Positions 36,591 to 40,736 of a stretch of 40,736 nucleotides of DNA are shown here, piece after piece. The first letter of the stretch is position 1. Each line of letters begins with the position of its first letter. The notes under the pieces were generated by a model that saw only the letters and a list, made by a program, of their open reading frames with translations, did no database searches and was not told where the DNA came from. The translations under genes and the position numbers were made by a program. Origin of the DNA: Jimgerdemannia flammicorona (taxonomy: Eukaryota); NCBI GenBank assembly GCA_003990765.1, contig RBNJ01000118.1, forward strand, positions 1-40,736, written 5' to 3'.

Positions 36591-37846
36591 TTAGGGGTTA
36601 GGCTTCAAGTTAGAATTTATTCATTGTAGAGAAGATAAGGTACATTGGAGTAACAAATGACAAAGACTCCTAAGATGAGAAAAGTAAAATGAGACCAGAG
36701 AAGTAAACAACTAGCTAGGAAGTACAAAACAAAGGCCAGAGAGGTGACCACTCTATGGATGGGCTGGATAAAACCATTTTGTCATGACTGTAGAGATAAT
36801 AAATGCAAAAGCAGAAAAGAGAAACTAAGATAGAATATACAAACACTTAGTGCCAACTATAGGAACTAGATCAACACCTAAATACCAAATGACTAACATG
36901 AGATAAATAACTCAATGTGCTCTCAACAACAAGGGAACCAACTGAGGTGAATGAGGGAAAAGAAAGAAATAAAGAAAATGTGCAATTGCTTGATTACCCA
37001 AGTATTTTTGTAATCTTGGTCTGGTAGTACCTGATCATGAGGTGGCCACTAGAATTACACATGGCATCAATAGTGTGATAGGCTGTCTCATGAAGAGCAT
37101 GAAGAGGGTAGACACGAAGTTCTTCCTACTATTCATCATTGGTAAACCAATCAAGCTGATCATCTTGATCAGAAGTACCTCAGAATGCAGAATGGAACCA
37201 TTGAAAAGACCATACCTGAGGAGATGGCTATGATGAAACTTATCTCTACAGAGGCAGGGACAGGGTTGGCCAAAGTAGCCATAGCACCAGGCAAGCACAG
37301 AGTGTACAAGCTGGGGGGAGAAGGAAAAGATACAATCAGTACTCTGAGACTGCAAGCAGTCATTGGGAGTGATGTATCAAACAAGAGTTTAGAAGGAAGA
37401 AGCCCATTCCTGAAGCAACTGATCCCAAAGAAATGACTGAAGGAAGGAGTAGAGTAAGCAAGGCTTGTGGACTTGGAAATGGAGGTCCCAGTATCAGTTG
37501 AGGAAGTTAAGCCAAGAGGTCCAATGCCAGAACTTGTCAATGATAGAACCTGGAGGACATATGACAAAGCACTCACTAAGGGGGCCAATGGAATTGTTGC
37601 CAGACTTGCTACACCAATCCAGGTGGGCTTGGATCATACAGCAGAGGTCTGATGTGTGATGAAGAAAAGAAGAGAGGCTGAGAATCAAGCTGCCAAGCAA
37701 GGGATGGTCAGCAAATCTGACCACCCAAGCAACAGCATCTTCAAAGACCTGCTCGAAATGCTTTAATACCTGAAGCCCCATAGTAGTAGCTGGGCAGGAG
37801 GCTCATAGGAGAGGGAGGCCATACTCCAGCTGAGGCCTGATGAATG
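36591..37846 (-). mobile_element. Family B LINE copy B5, 3' ~1.25 kb only
   Basis: TTAGGGGTTAGGCTTCAAG at 36591, 3' UTR, and C-terminal GYFGQPCPCLCRDKFHHSHLLR. Ends at the poly(T) of A6. Confidence 0.92.
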
Positions 37847-39209
37847 TTTTTTTTTTTTTTTTATAGTCACTAGGACTTCCTTTCTTTATTATGCCCATCT
37901 ATCTATACAAAATTACAGTGAATCTACCCCCTATCTGATCCCTCTAGGGGGGTCCTCTCCCCCTATCTCTACTTACCGAAAGGCCACTTTGTCTAATACT
38001 ATCTCTACCCTCCCACCACTCTGTTCATAAATCCTTTCCACTAGACTGTAACATCACCCCCCTGAGGACCCCAACCCACCCACCATCTAGTCAGCAGATC
38101 TCCCAATAACTCCTCCCACCATAATACCTTCTCCTATAGCCCCATCTGCCACCCCTCCTTGAATTCAAAAAGCCAATGACCAGCCAGTCCCACCTATACT
38201 ACTAATATCCACTCTATAGTGAGCCAACTATCATCTACACTACCTACTAGCTAAGATCTCAAATCCTCCCAATGGCCTCTCACAACTGCTGGCCTTCACT
38301 CTACACCTAGCCTATTCCCTACTTCTGCCCAAAAGTCCCCCAAAACCTCACACTCTCCCAGCCAATGTTCTGGTGTCTGTACAAATCCCCCAGCTTGCCC
38401 AATATTGTAACACTCCTCACAATCGAAATGGCCACCCTCCATCAGATGTCTAGTACAGAAGTTCAGCATGATATTTCTCTATAGCATCCTCCACTATACT
38501 ACCCAGAACTTGGGAGAAAGTCACCTCCACACCTCAGCACTCTATGATCAGACACCTGCCCAGTCCCACTCCTCACTGATCTCTGCTACCTGCCAGCCAC
38601 TTGGCCAAAGATCCTGGCCAAGACCCTGCTGACACTCTACTCTATCCCCAATATCAAACTCAGCAAGCAAAGCACTCCCCAGGAGTAGTCTATTCCATCA
38701 CTATATATCTGGACCCCACATTACCTCCCTCTCATTATCTTGTCAGTATCAGCCAATTCAGTGTGCACCATCTACCACCCCCTATCAAAAGCTCATAAAC
38801 TGCAACCATCAAATTCCATTCAGCCCCACCAAAGAGAGCAGATCTCCCAAGGACCCTTGAGGGGAGGTTCTTATCTCCTACACCTTCTGCAGCAGTAGTA
38901 TCCAACTCCCTCCCTGCAGTTCAGCAGCTCTCTTCGACCATCAGACTCACAGACAGTACAACCTTTTAGGGAAATCCACAAGGCCAAGACCTCCCCTAAC
39001 CACCAGTGTTGCAAGAGTATCTCAACTAATCTGGGACCTTCTCTCTGCCCAAATCCAATCTCTAGCCACCTTCGTCAGCCTCTTCACTACTCAAGCTGGG
39101 AAGTCTAAGTGATAGGCCACATACTATAGCTTGGGGAATCAGTAGATATTCAGAATCAATACCTGCCCTACCAGAGAGATATGGCAACCCCCCCAACCTT
39201 TAAGAGCCT
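37847..39209 (-). mobile_element. Family A LINE copy A6, 5'-truncated, opposite orientation to the other A copies
   Basis: Poly(T) 37847-37862, then ATAGTCACTAGGACT and TTTATT 37885-37890. Its reverse complement is collinear with A4 ~34930-36290. No TSD found. Confidence 0.92.
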
Positions 39210-39618
39210 AGGAATATACTCTGTGATAATACCACTTTGCCTTTGCAGACATTGCAGACAGTCTGTCTTTAGAGTTTATCTATCAAGAGATACTAGTAAA
39301 CAACTGGCTCTCTGAGATGGCTTCATATCTATCATTCTTGTTCCAGTACTTGGAAAAACAAAAATCACAAATGCAACATGCACATTGTTGCAACCCTCTG
39401 ACATTTTCCACAATGGTCTTAAATGTTGATGGGGATATGTTCATTAGTCCATCAATAACCAATCACTATCATTGGCCAGAAATCCTTAGCCATCATTTCT
39501 TTCTCTTCACTCTACTTGTTGGTTTGGCCCAATCCTTCTTTGCTTGTATAGCATTGTGCAATCTTGTTTTGGTGTTGCAGAATCTCAGATATCTGAGTTT
39601 CACAACCTGATATACCAT
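39210..39618 (-). pseudogene. Possible decayed coding remnant of unknown type
   Basis: One minus-strand frame reads MVYQVVKLRYLRFCNTKTRLHNAIQAKKDWAKP... with TGA/TAG stops that could derive from CGA/TGG/CAG. The region is CpG-depleted. No recognisable motif. Confidence 0.25.
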
Positions 39619-39766
39619 ATTGTTGACCCTTGTATAGTCCTGCCATCAGATAATTAGCTTTTGAAATATTGATTAAATATCCCTTGAATATTTTATTACA
39701 CTTTAACTATTAAGTGAAAATGCCCAAAGTGCAATGAGATCTTTTTGCAAAAGAATTAGCTCATAA

Positions 39767-39767
<1 letters not shown>

Positions 39768-39809
<42 letters not shown>
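39768..39809 (+). repeat. 42-nt poly(A) tract
   Basis: Read directly. Not preceded by a family A terminus. Confidence 0.95.
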
Positions 39810-39810
<1 letters not shown>

Positions 39811-40219
39811 ATCTGAAGCTCATGACGTGGGAAATCCGATTCAAGAAAGGCCATCAATAATGGATTTCACAAATCTTACTATCTTGGGCATAAATACTTT
39901 ATGGAGTATTCATTGAGAATATCAGAGTGTTTTTTTTCTATCTTAAAGAAAACGGGTAATTGAATAACATCATTCTAATATACTGCAAGGGTCATGCAAC
40001 AGCCCCATACATAATAAATAATGAATTTATGTGAGTATTTACATATAGAAAAAAGCAAAAATACAATTTCTCTAGCTTCAAGATCAAAGGCTACCACTTC
40101 CCATGCCAGAATGGCGATGGATTACAGCATATATCTATAATCACTCCAATGACCTTGCCTGTCCAGAGGACCCAACCATGTTGGCAAACAGACAGAACTA
40201 GGTTAAGGTTATACTAGGG

Positions 40220-40540
40220 GCAGTTTGACATAGCAAACTGTTCAACAGACTGGCAAATCCGTGAGGCAACCTCGAGGCTGCTGTCTGACACAGGGGTACC
40301 AGAGAGGTGGCAGAGACCATTGTCATTAAATGCCAATTGAAAGACATTCGTGAACTGCAGCGAGTTTAAGCGGCGATCACTGAATCCCGAGATATCCTTG
40401 TACCTTGTGATGACATGACACCCCAAGAGTGTCAGCAAGGACTCTAAAACAGTGCAGAAGGGGTACATTGAAGAGGCGTGCACAGCTATTGAGCTGGAAC
40501 ACCTCAAGACATTGACCAACGCAGATGATCACAGTCCATG
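40220..40540 (+). pseudogene. Possible decayed ORF of unknown function upstream of the minisatellite
   Basis: A + frame reads QFDIANCSTDWQIREATSRLLSDTGVPERWQRP...KGYIEEACTAIELEHLKTL with TGA interruptions. The minus-strand 101-aa ORF is an alternative reading. Confidence 0.3.
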
Positions 40541-40577
40541 ATATGGTCAAAGCATAGTTGGGTATTTGAGCTAGAAC

Positions 40578-40736
40578 ACCTTGGAGATCGGCAGGAACTG
40601 GGAAGTCGGCGGAACCTTGGAGATCGGTGGATCCTTGGAGGTCGGTTGGACCTTGGTGGTTGGCGGGACATTGGAGGTCAGCGGTTGGAAGTCGGCAGGA
40701 CCTTGGAGGTCGGCGGAACCTTGGAAATTGGCAGGA
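40578..40736. repeat. 18-bp minisatellite, consensus ACCTTGGAGGTCGGCGGA, at least 9 units, runs off the window
   Basis: Units begin at 40578, 40596, 40614, 40632, 40650, 40668, ~40685 (short), 40700 and 40718. The + strand translates as TLE(V/I)G(G/R) hexapeptides. Confidence 0.9.

Noticed and set aside
37830-39225. TSD around A6
   Set aside because: The flanks CCTGATGAATG and AGGAATATACTC do not match, and B5 does not resume on the right.
39210-39809. Third LINE family or retrocopy ending in the 42-nt poly(A)
   Set aside because: No TSD, no AATAAA close to the tract and no LINE motif upstream. Kept only as a homopolymer.
40578-40736. CRISPR array
   Set aside because: Contiguous 18-bp units without spacers, in a eukaryotic context.

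Overview
Eukaryotic, probably fungal, DNA. About 38 kb of nested, decayed non-LTR retrotransposons lie between a CpG-normal ORF at the left edge and degenerate repeat-bearing sequence at the right edge. Two LINE families can be read from the sequence. Family A (L1/Tx1-like: ORF1, then APE-RT-zinc knuckle ORF2, AATAAA and poly(A), 13-19 bp TSDs) has three long copies (2048-7620, 15504-21270, 30398-36299) and three fragments. Family B (ORF1, then APE-RT-CCHC ORF2, long U-rich 3' UTR) has five copies and one fragment, all on the minus strand. The main result is that no B copy has a poly(A) tail or a visible TSD. Each ends in telomere-type repeats (CCCTAA on the element strand, TTAGGG on the + strand), two pairs are joined head-to-tail through those repeats, and one 5'-truncated copy is followed by AGGGTTAGGG. 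This suggests an APE-encoding LINE primed on, or targeted to, TTAGGG repeats. All copies are CpG-depleted and broken by C>T/G>A transitions. Alignments were made by eye, boundaries without a TSD are approximate, and no database search was possible, so novelty is unverified.
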